A stretch of 64,000 bases of DNA, taken from the NCBI RefSeq assembly GCF_006345805.1, contig NC_042999.1:63798001-63862000 (forward strand), given 5' to 3'. Source of the DNA: Octopus sinensis. Lineage: Eukaryota. Shown one piece after another: positions 34,963 to 48,413 of this stretch. The position numbers and the translations under genes are program-made. Position 1 is the first letter of the stretch, and each line of letters starts with the position of its first letter. The notes beneath the pieces are model-generated. The model was not told where the DNA came from and made no database searches. It was given only the letters and a program-made list of their open reading frames with translations.

Positions 34963-35661
34963 TGTGAATGGACTTGATAGACAGAAATTGAAAGAAGCCC
35001 ATCATGTGCGTATGTGTGAGAGAGAGGGAGTATGTTTGTGTCTTGTTCTGATTGTTGTAAATGAATGTCATTCATTTCCAATATTCTGCAAAACAATGAG
35101 AAATATTAATTGTTTGGAAACAGTTAGCGACAGAGAGGGAATCCAGCCACAGAATATCTACTTCAATAATCTCCATCCAACCCAGGCAACCATAGTAAAG
35201 TGGTTTGAATGAATATGAAGATAAATTAAGCATAAGATTCTGGGAACTAAAAATCTTCAGAAAATATTTTTCATATACGTATATATAAATACAAGCACTA
35301 TGACCCGGTAACGCCGAGTCATAGTGCTTGTATTTATATATACGTATATGAAAAATATTTTCTGAAGATTTTTAGTTCCCAGAATCTTATGCTTAATTTA
35401 TCTTCATATTCATTCAAACCACTTTACTATGGTTGCCTGGGTTGGATGGAGATTATTGAAGTAGATATTCTGTGGCTGGATTCCCTCCCTGTCGCTAACT
35501 GTTTCCAAACAATTAATATTTCTCCTTGTTTTGCAGAATATTGGAAATGAATGACATTCATTTACAACAATCAGAACAAGACACAAACATACTCCCTCTC
35601 TCTCACACATACGCACATGATGGGCTTCTTTCAATTTCTGTCTATCAAGTCCATTCACAAG
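34961..35661. repeat. 701-bp palindrome: 344-bp arms, 13-nt loop, 2 mismatches
   Basis: arms 34961-35304 and 35318-35661 aligned by eye; mismatches at 35097/35525 and 35134/35488. Confidence 0.97.
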
Positions 35662-35989
35662 TCTTTGGTTGGTTTGGGGCTATAGTAGAAGACACTTGCC
35701 CAATGCGCTATGCAGTGGGATTGAATCTAAAACTATGTTGGGAAGCAAACTTCTTAGTCATGCCTATGGCTGCTTTTTATTCAGCCAATTTCTGGGGAAG
35801 GTGGGGATGCTTGTAACCTTTGTAAGCTCTTTGAGACTAATGACATGAATGTAGCATGCTGACAATTAACAGGGAGGAACATCTGGAGTGATTGTTTTGT
35901 TAGCGAGATAGTTATTGTTCTTTAGCACCTTATCAGATCTAACTGAGCAGACTAACAATCAGAGGTATTCCAACTATGGCCATCCTGAG

Positions 35990-36480
35990 AGTTGCTACAG
36001 ACAGCCAGTTTTAAACACTTCTGTATGGTCTGTAATATAAAAAAAAATAGGAGAGGACTGAGACCTGATGGACACTTAACCTGCAGGCTAAATTTATCAT
36101 TGTATCACTGACTGTATCGCTATGTATGACTGGTGTAATTGTCACAAGCCATTTATCTATTCCTGATTTATTTACGGAGCACCAAATTACAAAACAGAAT
36201 CCAGCCAAAGGCTTTCTCTGGCCCTACAAATACTCAGTATAGGAGCTTACTCCTAGATATGTGCTTCTGTAGTTATCTCTTGGAATATAGCATGGTAGTA
36301 TTTCTTCCTAGTACAATGCCAAACTGCATTTCATCACTAATACTCTTCCTGATCAATTGCAAAATAATTCTTTCTATAACTTTCACGACCTGGTCCAACA
36401 ATTTGGTCTGCTTTGCAGATTTGTTGACCACACACCCATGCTTGCATGTGCATGCATGCACACACACGGGTGTGTGCTCT
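35990..36480 (-). mobile_element. Strongly decayed RTE RT fragment
   Basis: KLLDQVVKVIERIILQLIRKSISDEMQFG parallels KLLDQVMKVTERVIAQLIRERVSLDEMQFG of the full ORF. Confidence 0.75.
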
Positions 36481-37104
36481 CAGATGCTATTTCTATATAT
36501 GTCTAGCTAATAATTTGTGGATATTTTTTGGCGCTTGTGTATGTGTGATGATATTTTCATTTGATGCTGTGTAATAATCCATACTTCTCTACTGTTTTTA
36601 CTTGCATTTAATTAGTTTTAGCTTACTGTAGCCTTTATTATGTCATGTTTTAATTCTTTTTCTAATCCTTCTCTTCCCTTTCTTCTTCTTATCTTTGGCC
36701 TTATTCTACCTCATACACCCATACTCATGATTTCCATTGCTTTATTTACTGCCAATTCCACTTTGTTTTTACGCATAATAATACCATTTCGGACGATTGG
36801 TCCGTCAGCCCTCTTTGTCTATCTTTCTCATAACCTTTTCTCTTATTATACTTCTATTTTATTTACCTCAACTTTCAGTATTTATCCTTCCGTATTTAAA
36901 ATATGCTATTATTTTAGAAACTTATTTAAAACCAGTCTAAATGAGTCACCTCTTTATACTTTTTCCAGATAATTCTTTTAAACTAATTAGGATATATATA
37001 TATATATTATATATATATATAGAGAGAGAGAGAGTCAATATTTTTCAGTCGTTTGATAAATTAAACTGCTGTAACCAAAATATCTGGCTGATTGTCACAT
37101 ATGT

Positions 37105-37335
37105 ATTTCTTTATTGCCCACAAGGGGCTAAACATAGAGAGGACAAACAAGGACAGACAAAGAGATTAAGTCGATTACATTGACCCAGTGCGAAACTGGT
37201 ACTTTATTTATTTGACCCCGAAAGGATGAAAGGCAAAGTCGACCTCGGCGGAATATGAACTCAGAACGTAATGACAGGCGAAATACCACTAAGCATTTCT
37301 CTCGGCGCACTAACATGTCTGCTAGCTCGCCGCCT
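37105..37335 (-). mobile_element. SINE family B with TSD
   Basis: reverse complement of the 61648 type; tgattgtcaca on both sides. Confidence 0.88.
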
Positions 37336-37683
37336 TATATGATTGTCACACATCTATCTATATATATATAATGGACTCTCCTGTCAAAGACAATGTATGA
37401 GCGTTAAGCTTTTGCTGAATGACATACACAAGTGATTTGTTTATGGTGATCAAATGTTTGTGCCACACCTTAGCTCACTCTCTCTATCAAATTGATGTTG
37501 TCTGAACAGGTGCCATGTGTCAGGTGTCAAAGTGATTGCAGAGCAATGTGGGATGAAGTGTTTTGTTCAAGGACACAACACCTCACTTGGTCTGGAAACT
37601 GAAATCATGATTGCTAGATTGTGTGTGCAGTGTCCTAACCACTAAGCCATGCACCCTCACATTTGTATCATTGTAGCTGTGAT

Positions 37684-37987
37684 ACCTGTGCTGGTGGCAC
37701 ATAAAAAGCACCATCCGAACATGGCCGATGCCAGCACCGCCTTGACTGGCTTCTGTGCCGGTGGTACGTAAAAAGCACCAACCGATCGCGGCCGTTGCCA
37801 ACCTCCCCTGGCATGTAAAAAGCACCCACTACACTCACGGAGTGGTTGGCGTTAGGAAGGGCATCCAGCTGTAGAAACACTGCCAAATCAGACTGGAGCT
37901 TGGTGCAGCCTCCTGGCTTCCCAGACCCCGGTTGAATCGTCCAACCCGTGCTAGCACGGAAAACAGATGTTAAACGATGATGATGAT
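37684..37987 (+). mobile_element. RTE 3'-UTR-derived repeat
   Basis: similar to 14680-14998. Confidence 0.85.
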
Positions 37988-38534
37988 GTCGTTAAGAAGC
38001 TTGCCTCTAAATAACATGGTCCTGGGTTCAATCCCACTAACATGGATCTTTGAGCATTTGTCTTCTACAATAGCCCCTGGCCAACTGATGGAAACATAAG
38101 CATGTTTGTATGAGTTTGTGTCTCTTTGTCTTGCATCATGTGATAGTTGTTAATGGGTGTCACTATCATACAAGCTGTGTTTTTCATTTCTAGTCTTCTG
38201 TTTGGAATTAGATGAGGGTTGGCTACAGAAAGTGCATCTGGCTGTAGAAAGTTTACTTCAACAAATACCATTGAGCCCATGCAAGCATGGACAAGAAGAC
38301 TTTAACTCTATAATGATGATCATTATCATCATTATTTTACATTCGTTTTTTTTTCATGTGTATGGGTTGTATGACAGTGTCTTGTTACTTGTAATTTCCT
38401 TCGATACATACAAAAACAAACCCTTCAATCTTTGCTGTGTATGGTATATGTAACATTATACAGAAATAACTACCTTAATTTTACTTTTTACTTTCTTTAT
38501 CATTAATTACTCTTGAAATTCTCTCTAATTTAAG

Positions 38535-38675
38535 GTCAAGCTCTGCAAGAACTATCCAAAGATAAACCAAGTATGAAGCAAGTAGAAAGTCACACTACCA
38601 GCTTCATTAAAACACTTGAAAGTGTTGAGATTGGACTTACAAAGCAAATCAACTATCTCACTCAGGTGTCTACTG
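38535..38675 (+). CDS. MED11: Mediator subunit 11, coding exon 2
   Basis: GQALQELSKDKPSMKQVESHTTSFIKTLESVEIGLTKQINYLTQVST; G|gtaagt donor; QINYLTQVSTG is the MED11 signature. Confidence 0.93.
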
Positions 38676-39700
38676 GTAAGTGAGATTTTACATTGACACA
38701 GGCATATTTTTATTACTAATTTCGGTGACATTCTCCTCATCATCATCATGATCATAAATAGCAACTAAAATCCTAATCTTAACTCTGCTAGTCTAAATAC
38801 TTTTAGCCTTTTCTCTTGATTATACATGCATACGTTTTATACCTCACAAATAGCTTAAACAGACACGCATAAAAACATACAACCATTTTCTTTTAATGCT
38901 GTATTCAAACAGTTCACTGCTTATAGTTATTCATCATCATCACTTAAGGTCTGTTGTCCATGCTGGCATAGATTGGACGGTTTGACCAGGGCTGGTAAGC
39001 TGAGGGGCTGCACTGAATTCCAGTCTGATTTGGCATGGTTTCTACAGCTGGATGCCCTTCTTATTAGAACTTTCATATAAGAAGAGTGATAGGATGACTA
39101 GGATTAGTGTGGTCGAAACTTGTAAATAAGAAAAACTATTTTACATATTCATAAATTTTTGCCTCTTGCCTTTATTTTTTTGTTCTTTCTGATTTCAAGG
39201 CATTTTGTGTATATCAACATCAGTTTTGTATTCAATTTCCTCTCTTAGCGTTCAGGTTTTTGTGCCAACCAGTGAAGTTGTCTCCCTTGCATAAATTGGT
39301 TGCACAATTTGATGAATCAGTTACTGAACTCCTCTCCTACATGCTTAGTGAATGAGTGCTGTAAGGTGATAGTGTAGTGGCTTCCTGAAGTGGAATAAGC
39401 GTACAATGGAAGACCTGGAAAGAGGTGCTGAGCACAGTTTTAGGAATACTGAGTTTCAAAGACATGATCTAAACAATTAAAGAAGCTCTGAGTTGCAGAG
39501 CCATCCAGCAAGTGACAACACCATAGAAAAATTAAAACCATGAAGATGATGAAGGTAAAATAACATTGCATATCCAACACATCTTGATGAATTTATCCAT
39601 AGAAAGTTTTGGATCATTAAGAATGTTTGCGTGTGTGTACAAGTTGCATGCCTCTTAGTGTTGAGTATGATTCTTTATAACATAGCTGCCCATACGTTTC

Positions 39701-39912
39701 ATCATCATCGTTTAACGTCCGCTTTCCATGCTAGCATGGGTTGGACGATTTGACTGAGGACTGGCGAACCTGATGGCTGCGCCAAGCTCTGATCTGATCT
39801 GGCAGAGTTTCTACAGCTGGATGCTCTTCTTAACGCCAACCACTCCGAGAGTGTAGTGGGTGCTTTTGCGTGCCACTGGTATGAGGGCCAGTCTATCGGT
39901 ACTGGCAACGAC
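39701..39912 (-). mobile_element. RTE 3'-UTR-derived repeat
   Basis: terminal block and (CAT)n. Confidence 0.8.
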
Positions 39913-42390
39913 CTCGTTCTATGACAATACCAGACTGAACCATTTGAAACGTATTTTACTTTAAAACACCCCTTCCAAGTTCGTGCAGCATTTAGTTTTG
40001 ATCAAATTTCAAACGCCATTTTGCTGTTTAACTTGGGTTAGCCCTAAATATGTGGGCAGTCCATTGCAACCGTTTTTTAGACTGTAGCGTGTGAGTTGAA
40101 GGAATTTAGCTGTTATTTGTAACAAGTTGAGTGTCCACATAGACTCCCTCATTAATTTGACACTTGTATTTATATATAATTGTAAGTAGATGTTAAAGCA
40201 TGGCTGTGTGGTTGAATAGCTTGCTTCCCAACTATGGAGTCTTAGGTTTAGTCTCACTGCGTGGTACCTTCAGCAAGTGTCTTTTACTATAGCCCTAGGC
40301 TGACCAAAGCTTTGTGAGTGTATTTGGTAGTTGAAAATTGAAAGCAATCCGTTGTGTGTACCTTTGTTTTGACATCATATGATAGTTGTAAATGAGTGCC
40401 ACCTTCCTAAAAACGATGTTGTCCACTTCTAGTTTTCCATGGGGAAATATTAGCCCTGCTTGGAAACAGGTAAGGGTTGCTGATGGGAAGGACATCAGGT
40501 CATAGAAAAACTGCCTCAACAAATTCTATTGGATCCATGTAAGCAAGGAATAATGGACTTTAAATGATGATATTTCCTTTGATACTTATTTTATTCTAAA
40601 GAAATGAAAAGTTGGTGTTGCAAATGTTTTGGTTCTCCTAATACTAGACGGAAATGTCATCAAATGGATGGGAGGTTGATTAGCTTTAGGTCAGACCTGA
40701 TGGAGAAGATCTATTGTCATAAGCATTCCAGCCATGATACTTCAATATCTTTATTTTTCAATTCTCCAATTGGTTTTCTTTAAAGAGCTCTTAGGGTATG
40801 AGTTTATGGAAATTTGGCTGCTATTTCTAGCAGGTCAGTTGATTATGCACAGGCTCTTTGTTGGTTCATAATTATGGGATGATGTTGATATAGAAATAAA
40901 GCTTTGCTATTTGGATAAATTCTAATTGTAGAATGCTGTATTTCTTCTGTCAGTTCTTCATCTTGTTTTATTATACATGGAAATTGAAGTAATATGTTGA
41001 ACATCAATAACACTACTGCTTAATCCATAATGTGTACAATGTGAGTAAAATTAGAAGTGCACTGGTAAACAGCTCCAGTATATCATAGATTGGAAGGGGA
41101 CTTGGTTGAGGCTGCATTTTTATGGCTAAGATGCTGTTCCTGTCACTAATCCTTACCTATTTAACAAGTAAGGTATTTTTTTTTTTTACTCCACTACTTA
41201 GAGAGTGCACAGCTACAGGATGTGATGTTTAGGAATGCAATCATTTATTTTTACCAAGACAATTTCATGTGAGAAAACATGCATGTGTATGTGCTCAGAC
41301 ACAAACATACATATGTATATGTGAGAGACTGAGTTTCCATTTCGCTTGCAAGGCATGGGTTGGCCTGAGGTAATAGAAGACACTTGTGCAAGATGCCTTG
41401 CTGTGAGACTGAACCACTGACCATGTGGTTTTAAACTGAACTTTTTATTCGTCGTTATCTTACGAGGTAAAGATTCCCTAATCTATTCATTTGTAACTTT
41501 TCCTGTGGGAAGAACTGACTCAGTCCTGCTAATCAACAGGATGCATGTCGATTTCCCAGAGCTGGTGCTGTTTGTTTACAATGAGGGACCATTGAATATT
41601 ATATGTCTTGTCTATGGACACAAATGAACAGCTAACCTTTTGAATAGTTGTATTGTGCAGTACATTAAACATCTAACTTTATTTATTAACTTCACAGATA
41701 TGTTGTTTCTTCTCTTATAATGGCTTCTTACCTAGTTCTTGTTAGCTCCATATATCTGTCCATCCCATTCTCCTTACCATCTTCCCTCTTCCAAGCACTG
41801 CACAAAATAGTCAATCTTCCCCTGCAATTCATTGGAATTCTCTCTCTTCAAGTGTTTTTCTTCACAGACATTGACCTCCTTTTCCAGTGTTGGATGACCT
41901 ATAAAACCCACAATCATAGTTCCTTCATTGCCTACAAAATATTAGTGGATAACACTGTTGTTTTATATCAATCTGATCATGTTAGTGTTGAATATGGCTA
42001 TTTTCTTGTAAATCTCTCCACTCTTCATACAGTAGAGATGGTCCTATTTTCGTTCAGTCTAAGATATGATTTGCATAGGGTCATAATGTACTAGCTGTCA
42101 AACAACTTGAACTCTTTACCATGTAATCTACAGTCCAATACTCAATTTTGAACCTGTATGCATAATTTTAATGTTTGGGCTATATGTTGTAATTATATTA
42201 TATACAAAAGATGAAATGATTAAGCGAACACCAGTTTATGAGTGAGTTTTGCTATAGATATTACTTTTTTTGTTCTAAGCTACTGTTATACATGCCTTGA
42301 GATTAATTACTAGATATTCTACCAAATCCATTCACAAGGCTTTGGTCAGCCTGGGGTTATAGTCGAAGACATTTACCTAAGGTGTCACAT

Positions 42391-42569
42391 GGTGGCACGT
42401 AAAAAGCACCCACTACACTCACGGAGTGGTTAGCGTTAGGAAGGGCATCCAGCTGTAGAAACACTGCCAGATCAGACTGGGCCTGGTGCAGCCTCCTGGC
42501 TTCCCAGACCCCAGTCGAACCATCCAACCCATGCTAGCATGGAAAGCGGATGTTAAACGATGATGATGA
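42391..42569 (+). mobile_element. RTE 3'-UTR-derived repeat inserted into a SINE, 8-bp TSD
   Basis: TGTCACAT at 42383-42390 and 42570-42577 flanks the insert. Confidence 0.9.
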
Positions 42570-43796
42570 TGTCACATAGTGGAATTGAACCCAGAATCAT
42601 GTGGTTGGGAAGTAAACTTTCTACCACACAGCCATGCCTGTGCTTATTTAATAAGAAATATAAATATTTTTGTAAGATAGTGGAAATCCTTAGCTTATAG
42701 TATACAATTTGTAAAATTGTAGATAATCTGACTAGACAGGAGCCCCAGCTATGACCATTATTCTTTTCAGTGTTCCTCTTACTATTATATTTAATTTTTA
42801 AAAGTAGAAGGGTGTGACTTGAAGGAAATTTTGGCTGCTGTTTCTAGCATGGCTTATAGATGCATCTTTTTGTTAGATTAGATCAAGAAAATGTAAATTC
42901 TTAATCCCAAGGGGTTTTTGTAAGGGCTGTGGGTCAGCTCTGGTTTCATGGCATTGAGTGAACAAGCAACGAACCTCATTACTGAGCCAGGTGGAGCTGG
43001 TTTAAAAATATTTCAATTTTGTTGCTAATAAATTACTTTACCTGTTTCAGTCAACCCAGTTCAGGCTATTTTTATCTCTCCTTTGTATTGAATTAGGTTA
43101 TTCTGTAATGCAATGCACAGAATGTCTCTCCCACACAGTTACAATACCTAATCATTGAGTGGCTATAGACTGTATACAACCTGGCTTGTGTGCACGAGTG
43201 ATCTTGCTTACATTCCAACTGGTGATAATCAAACTGATCAAATCTGTAGTTTTTTAGAACTTAATCTGGGAAAGGTGACAATATTCATGGCCTTCACATG
43301 TTCTCTCAGACTGGTCCACCCTGAACATGTGTAGGGAAAAATATGGTTTGACAGATTGCTATAGAGTGAATTTCACTTATAGTACTTTAGGTGGTACCTG
43401 TTAACTGGGTGGCAGACAAGCATAGTAGTTTTGGCTACAAAGTTTTTTTTACAGCTAAACCATTTAAAAAAAAAAAAAAAAAAATCCATCAATCTATCTT
43501 TTTTGTTTACTATTCCTGGGAGAGTTATGAAGGTAGGGTTCTCAAACATTTCCTCCATAGTTCTTTCAGAAGCAACTGTCAGACTTTCTGGGGGTGACTG
43601 AGATTATGGATATTATCCAACTATTTCATTCTTGGTCTACCCCTAGGTTTCTTGCTTGTTGGCTCAGCTTGAAGACTCCATCTTGCAATGCCTGCCTGCG
43701 ACATTCTAACATTGCATGTCTGTAGCACAAGAGCTGTGACCTCTTAATGTGAAGAAACAACTTGAACTGGAGGGACTCCCTGAATTCTGAGAAACA

Positions 43797-44012
43797 CATC
43801 ATCATCATCATCATCGTTTAACGTCCACTTTCCATGCTGGCATGGGTTGGACGATTTTGACTGAGGGCTGGCGAACCAGATGGCTGCACCAGGCTCCAAT
43901 CTTGATTTGGCAGAGTTTCTACAGCTGGATGCTCTTCCTAATGCCAACCACTCCGAGAGTGTAGTGGGTGCTTTTTACGTGCCACTGGCACGGAAGCCAG
44001 TTGGCTGCTCTG
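43797..44012 (-). mobile_element. RTE 3'-UTR-derived repeat
   Basis: terminal block and (CAT)n; about 190 nt upstream of MED11 exon 3. Confidence 0.8.
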
Positions 44013-44201
44013 CTGTTAAGTAATGTTATTCCGGAAATCCTTCAGAGAAACACTGTTTTAGCCACTTTTATCCACAATCATACTTTTTTTCCTTATTAGA
44101 TTGAATTAACCTTTTTTTTTTCAATGTAGCTCTGTGCCTCTTTTTGCTACTGTTTAAATGCCTGTTAACTTTGTACTTATTTATTTACATATTGCTTGCA
44201 G

Positions 44202-44389
44202 GTCAGCCTCATGAAGGTTCTTGTTATGCAGCACAGAAAGATCTCCTGATGGCCATGCATAGAGTTGAACATGTCAAAAGCAGACTTAATGAACTTGAAA
44301 AAATTCACAATGAACATTTACATGGTTACCTTGCATCTGCTCCACAAGGCTCTGGCATGCGCAGGCCATTTCAATCATCACAGATTTAA
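44202..44389 (+). CDS. MED11: Mediator subunit 11, coding exon 3 (protein 135 aa in total)
   Basis: cttgcag acceptor; GQPHEGSCYAAQKDLLMAMHRVEHVKSRL...SSQI*; GQPHEGS.Y motif. Confidence 0.93.
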
Positions 44390-47300
44390 GCTGAGTTAGC
44401 AACATGGAAGCTGGGCTTCATTTGATATAGTAGGTACCTAGTCTTGTACTTAATTCATATCAAGCCTCCAAGGAGTGATTATCTGCTTTCATCATCATCA
44501 TTTAACATCTGTTTTCCATGCTGGCATGTCAAGAAAAAAGAATGTGAATTAAGATGGAAGCATGTAGGGATTAATAAAGGGCACAGAACTTTTGGTAAAT
44601 AAGATTCTTGCCCAAAGAAACAATACATCAAACCAGTATTTCATAGACTGTATACATTGATTTCTTATACAAAATATTTCCCTTCTTCCTAAAAGCCTTT
44701 GAAGAAATCAGAGTAAGTGCTTGGCTGTTAGATTCTCCTGTCAGGTTTCAGCTTCAACATCAGTCCCTGTATTAATCTTAAATGCACCATCACATCTAAT
44801 TCTCACATGACCCTAAAGTTGTCATTACATCTAAAGAATCATTATCAAAAGACTTAATTTTATGAAATAAAGTGTCTTTTCTATACTTATTACATATATT
44901 TCTTCTGTTGTTGTATGTCAAATTTAGCAGAAACTGAACATACCTTCGTAGCTAGAAAGAGCAGTCAAATCTCCAAATTACATTTGAAAATTAAGATTTG
45001 ACTGCTAGATAGAACCAGGGAAGTGACACAATATAGATTGCCACAATATGAACCCATGTGATATTAAACATCTCTTTGATATCTTCTCTTACTCCAAGTG
45101 ATAGTCCACAATACTAGTTTATTTCACTTTAGCTAGTCACTATCCATTATTGCAGAGTCAGCAAGATCATTAAATCTAAGATTGAATTATTGTAGATATT
45201 ACCTAATGAAACATATGACTTTTTTTTTTTTTACAAAGCTCTTCCAACACCATGTACTCTAGCTTAAATTTTGTGCTTCGAAAGAGTGACTACATTGTAT
45301 ATTTGATCTTCACAAAAACAGCATTTTATACTCAAGGACTATCAGCTGAGAAAGTCTGCACTCTTACAGTGAAACACAAAGTGTGCTGAACCTACAAACA
45401 AGTTATTGCACGTGTCTACCTGGCCCAAACAAAGTTGACTAGTGCTACTGAACAATGAAAAACTGAGGATGGCAAAAATAAACAGTTTCTTCTTGAGAAG
45501 AATTTTTCTTTTTAATGAGAACAAAATTGTGAAAAAATACAGGAATTTCTTTGGAAAAGCAGAAATTAACAAGGAAAGAACAATGCAAAAGAAAAAATGG
45601 AAAATTATATATAAATAACAACAACAGAAGGAGAACAAAAATCATTTAATAAACAAATCAATTTTTGTTGAGGTGGTTTTTTTCCCCCCCTTTTTTTTGG
45701 TGAGTTTTTTTTTTAAAGAAAATCAGCTTTAGATTTTGTTCTGTTTATAACAGAAGAAAAAAAAATTATATTGAAGAGTGTTGGTCTAATTTATCTTCTT
45801 TCAAGAAACAAATTTAGAACTATAGGCAGAATTAGTGAGGTTAAAAAAAATTATAGATGCTCAACTTATTCAGAATTCTTTTCAATGAAGAATATTAGTT
45901 TTGTTTTAGTAAACCTTTATCAACAACAGTCACGATGGCCTCATATAGGGGTTACTTTGTAAGGCTATCATGAGTCAACAATATTGGAGGGAGGGAGAGG
46001 ATATTTTTCAGCTAATCTTTCTATTTAATAATAATAATAATAAAGCCTAAAAATAACCAGTTACTGGACGATATTTTTTTATACATTGCATGATTAAGGC
46101 TGTTCTTAAAAATAAAAATATAAAGATCATAGGGGCATGTCTTTATGAAATCTTAAGTAAAAAGGGGCAAACAAAAGTCAGAAAATACATTTGAAAAATT
46201 AGAATAATATGTGCAAAATGTAATTAAACTAACTGTACATGATTGAAGCAAATTTGTTAAACATTGGAAAAACAAAAAGACAAATTAGAAACCAGGCCAA
46301 TGCATAAAAAAATACAATAAAGAAGAGGGAGAAAAAAGATTGTGATGTTTTATAAAATATATCTATGAGACGAGGAGAAAGGGAGTAGGGGACAAAGAAA
46401 AAAAAAGGCAAGTTAGAATGATTTATAGTCATTGCATAACCAAGAAACCTCCATATTCTAACCTTTAAGACAATAAGTTACACCCAGAAACTCTGATGAG
46501 GATTTTAGTTGCCTAAAAAAATAAAATAACAAATAATCAAAGAAAAGAGAAAAAAAAGTTATACTGAAGAAACACTATTTCATAATAGTAATGTTTTAAT
46601 CTTACAGTTTGGACACAGATTCAATCTAATTTGTCCACATACATCCACAGGTTGGTTGTTTCTAACCACTGTTGTCTTCATCTTTGAATACATTCCAGAA
46701 ATGGTGCAGAGAGGTTTCAAAGGACAGTCAATTTTGACAGTTTCTTCCCCATTTTTTTCTTCCTTCTTCTGTAATTGGGGGAGATTTAATTTTGTTATTG
46801 AAATAATTTTGTTTTGGGGTTGTTGGTTGTTGTTTTCTATTTAAGCAAATATAGCAGCTGATGCTCTTGTTAGGATGTCCTGCTTTAATTTTTTTTTAAT
46901 TTTTAGTTCCCTGCTTCACAAACTCCAGAAACATACAAGAATCCATTAGTGCTCAAATGAAGAAAGAAAAAGAAAGCAGCTTATGTAGTTCTTATATATA
47001 ACATTATATATACACACATACATGCATGCATGTGCCTAGTTAAGTACATACATACAAAGACAGACAGATAAGAGGCAGGCATGAGAAAAAGCAGGAAGGG
47101 AGAAATAAATAGGATTAAAAAAAAAAGTTAAAAGCCCATGTGTAGAAGAATAGTTTTTTACATTTTCTGTTTTTGAAAGAGCTGCTGAACCAAAAAAATA
47201 TATGTATATATAAGAACCTTATATTTTGTTCAATTACCAGTACTCTTTTTTTCCCCCATAAAAATACCAGTTTTATGTGAAACACAAAATATACTAGAGC

Positions 47301-48281
47301 AGTCTTCTGAGTGACAAAGAAAACTGATTATATAAGCTTAGATTTAAGACTTTCTTTTAATATTTAATTTTAGAGAATTACACATTTACTCTATTGAATA
47401 CCCTCTCTCATATATTATATATATGTGTGTACAGGTTTTTGTATAAATTTAGCTACCTGGTGTTTCATGCAGGTGTTGCTCTTTCATGCTGTCTGAGTGA
47501 ATGCTGCACATGAAACAATGTAGCTCTGCTATACTTAGAGAGAAGTCTTTCTTAATTTGCATTTCTAAAACAGTGCGTTGCTGAAGTGTTTGTTTGTAAT
47601 TCATTTTTAGCTGATGATACATCTAGGTGCTACTCAAAGTTTCTTGTTTCCATGTGTTTGTCAAGTGAACACGAAAGCAAGGAACAAAGTTGCAATGGAA
47701 TGAATCATGAAACTTCAAATGCATAAAATAGCTACATGTATTATGTTTTTTCCCCTATTTGTATGAGATTATATATAGTTTATTTTTCATTAATTATTAA
47801 GGTGCCTAATATTACCAATATCTACCTATATTTGGAGCAAGGAGAAGAGTAATGAATTTTGAGTAATATAATTTAGAGATACAAGACAGCCACTGTTAAT
47901 TTAGGTAATGAAGAATATTAATTAATTAATTAAAATAAGCTGTTTCAGGTTGACAAACTGAACCTGTAGACAAATGGAGAGAGAAGGAAGTAAACTTATT
48001 TAAATACATATGTATGTATGTGTGTATGTTTGTGAAGATGTGTTACTTGGTTTTACATTTAATAGTATTTGAAGAAGTTAACTAACCTTTCATTAATTGC
48101 AACTAAAAATAGCAGCTGTTTGTAAAAAGACAGAGAGAGGGGGAAAGTGAGAAAACAACAACAACAACCAAAGTGAAAAATGTTGAGCACAGGTGTCTGT
48201 ATGATGATGAATTTTGGTAGAAGTGGTGGAGGTGTCATTAGCAAATCTCTCAAATAGATAAATCAGTGTACTGTACACACA

Positions 48282-48337
48282 TCAGCCTAATCGCCCACCG
48301 GATTTTGAATGTTGCACCAACCATTGCAAAGTTATAT
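48282..48337 (-). CDS. ARL8: ARL8 small GTPase, last coding exon
   Basis: reverse strand tctttcag acceptor; (D)ITLQWLVQHSKSGGRLG*. Confidence 0.92.
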
Positions 48338-48413
48338 CTGAAAGAGAAGAAACAATATAATGAGTGAATTTCATTTAAAAGAGGGACTCTGAGATGGGTT
48401 ACTGTTAATAATA

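Noticed and set aside
36800-36835. Second hammerhead-like motif on - strand (CUGAC GGAC caauc GUCC GAAA); similar trace near 39100
   Set aside because: Core lacks GA and no stem I/III pairing can be drawn; at most a decayed relic.
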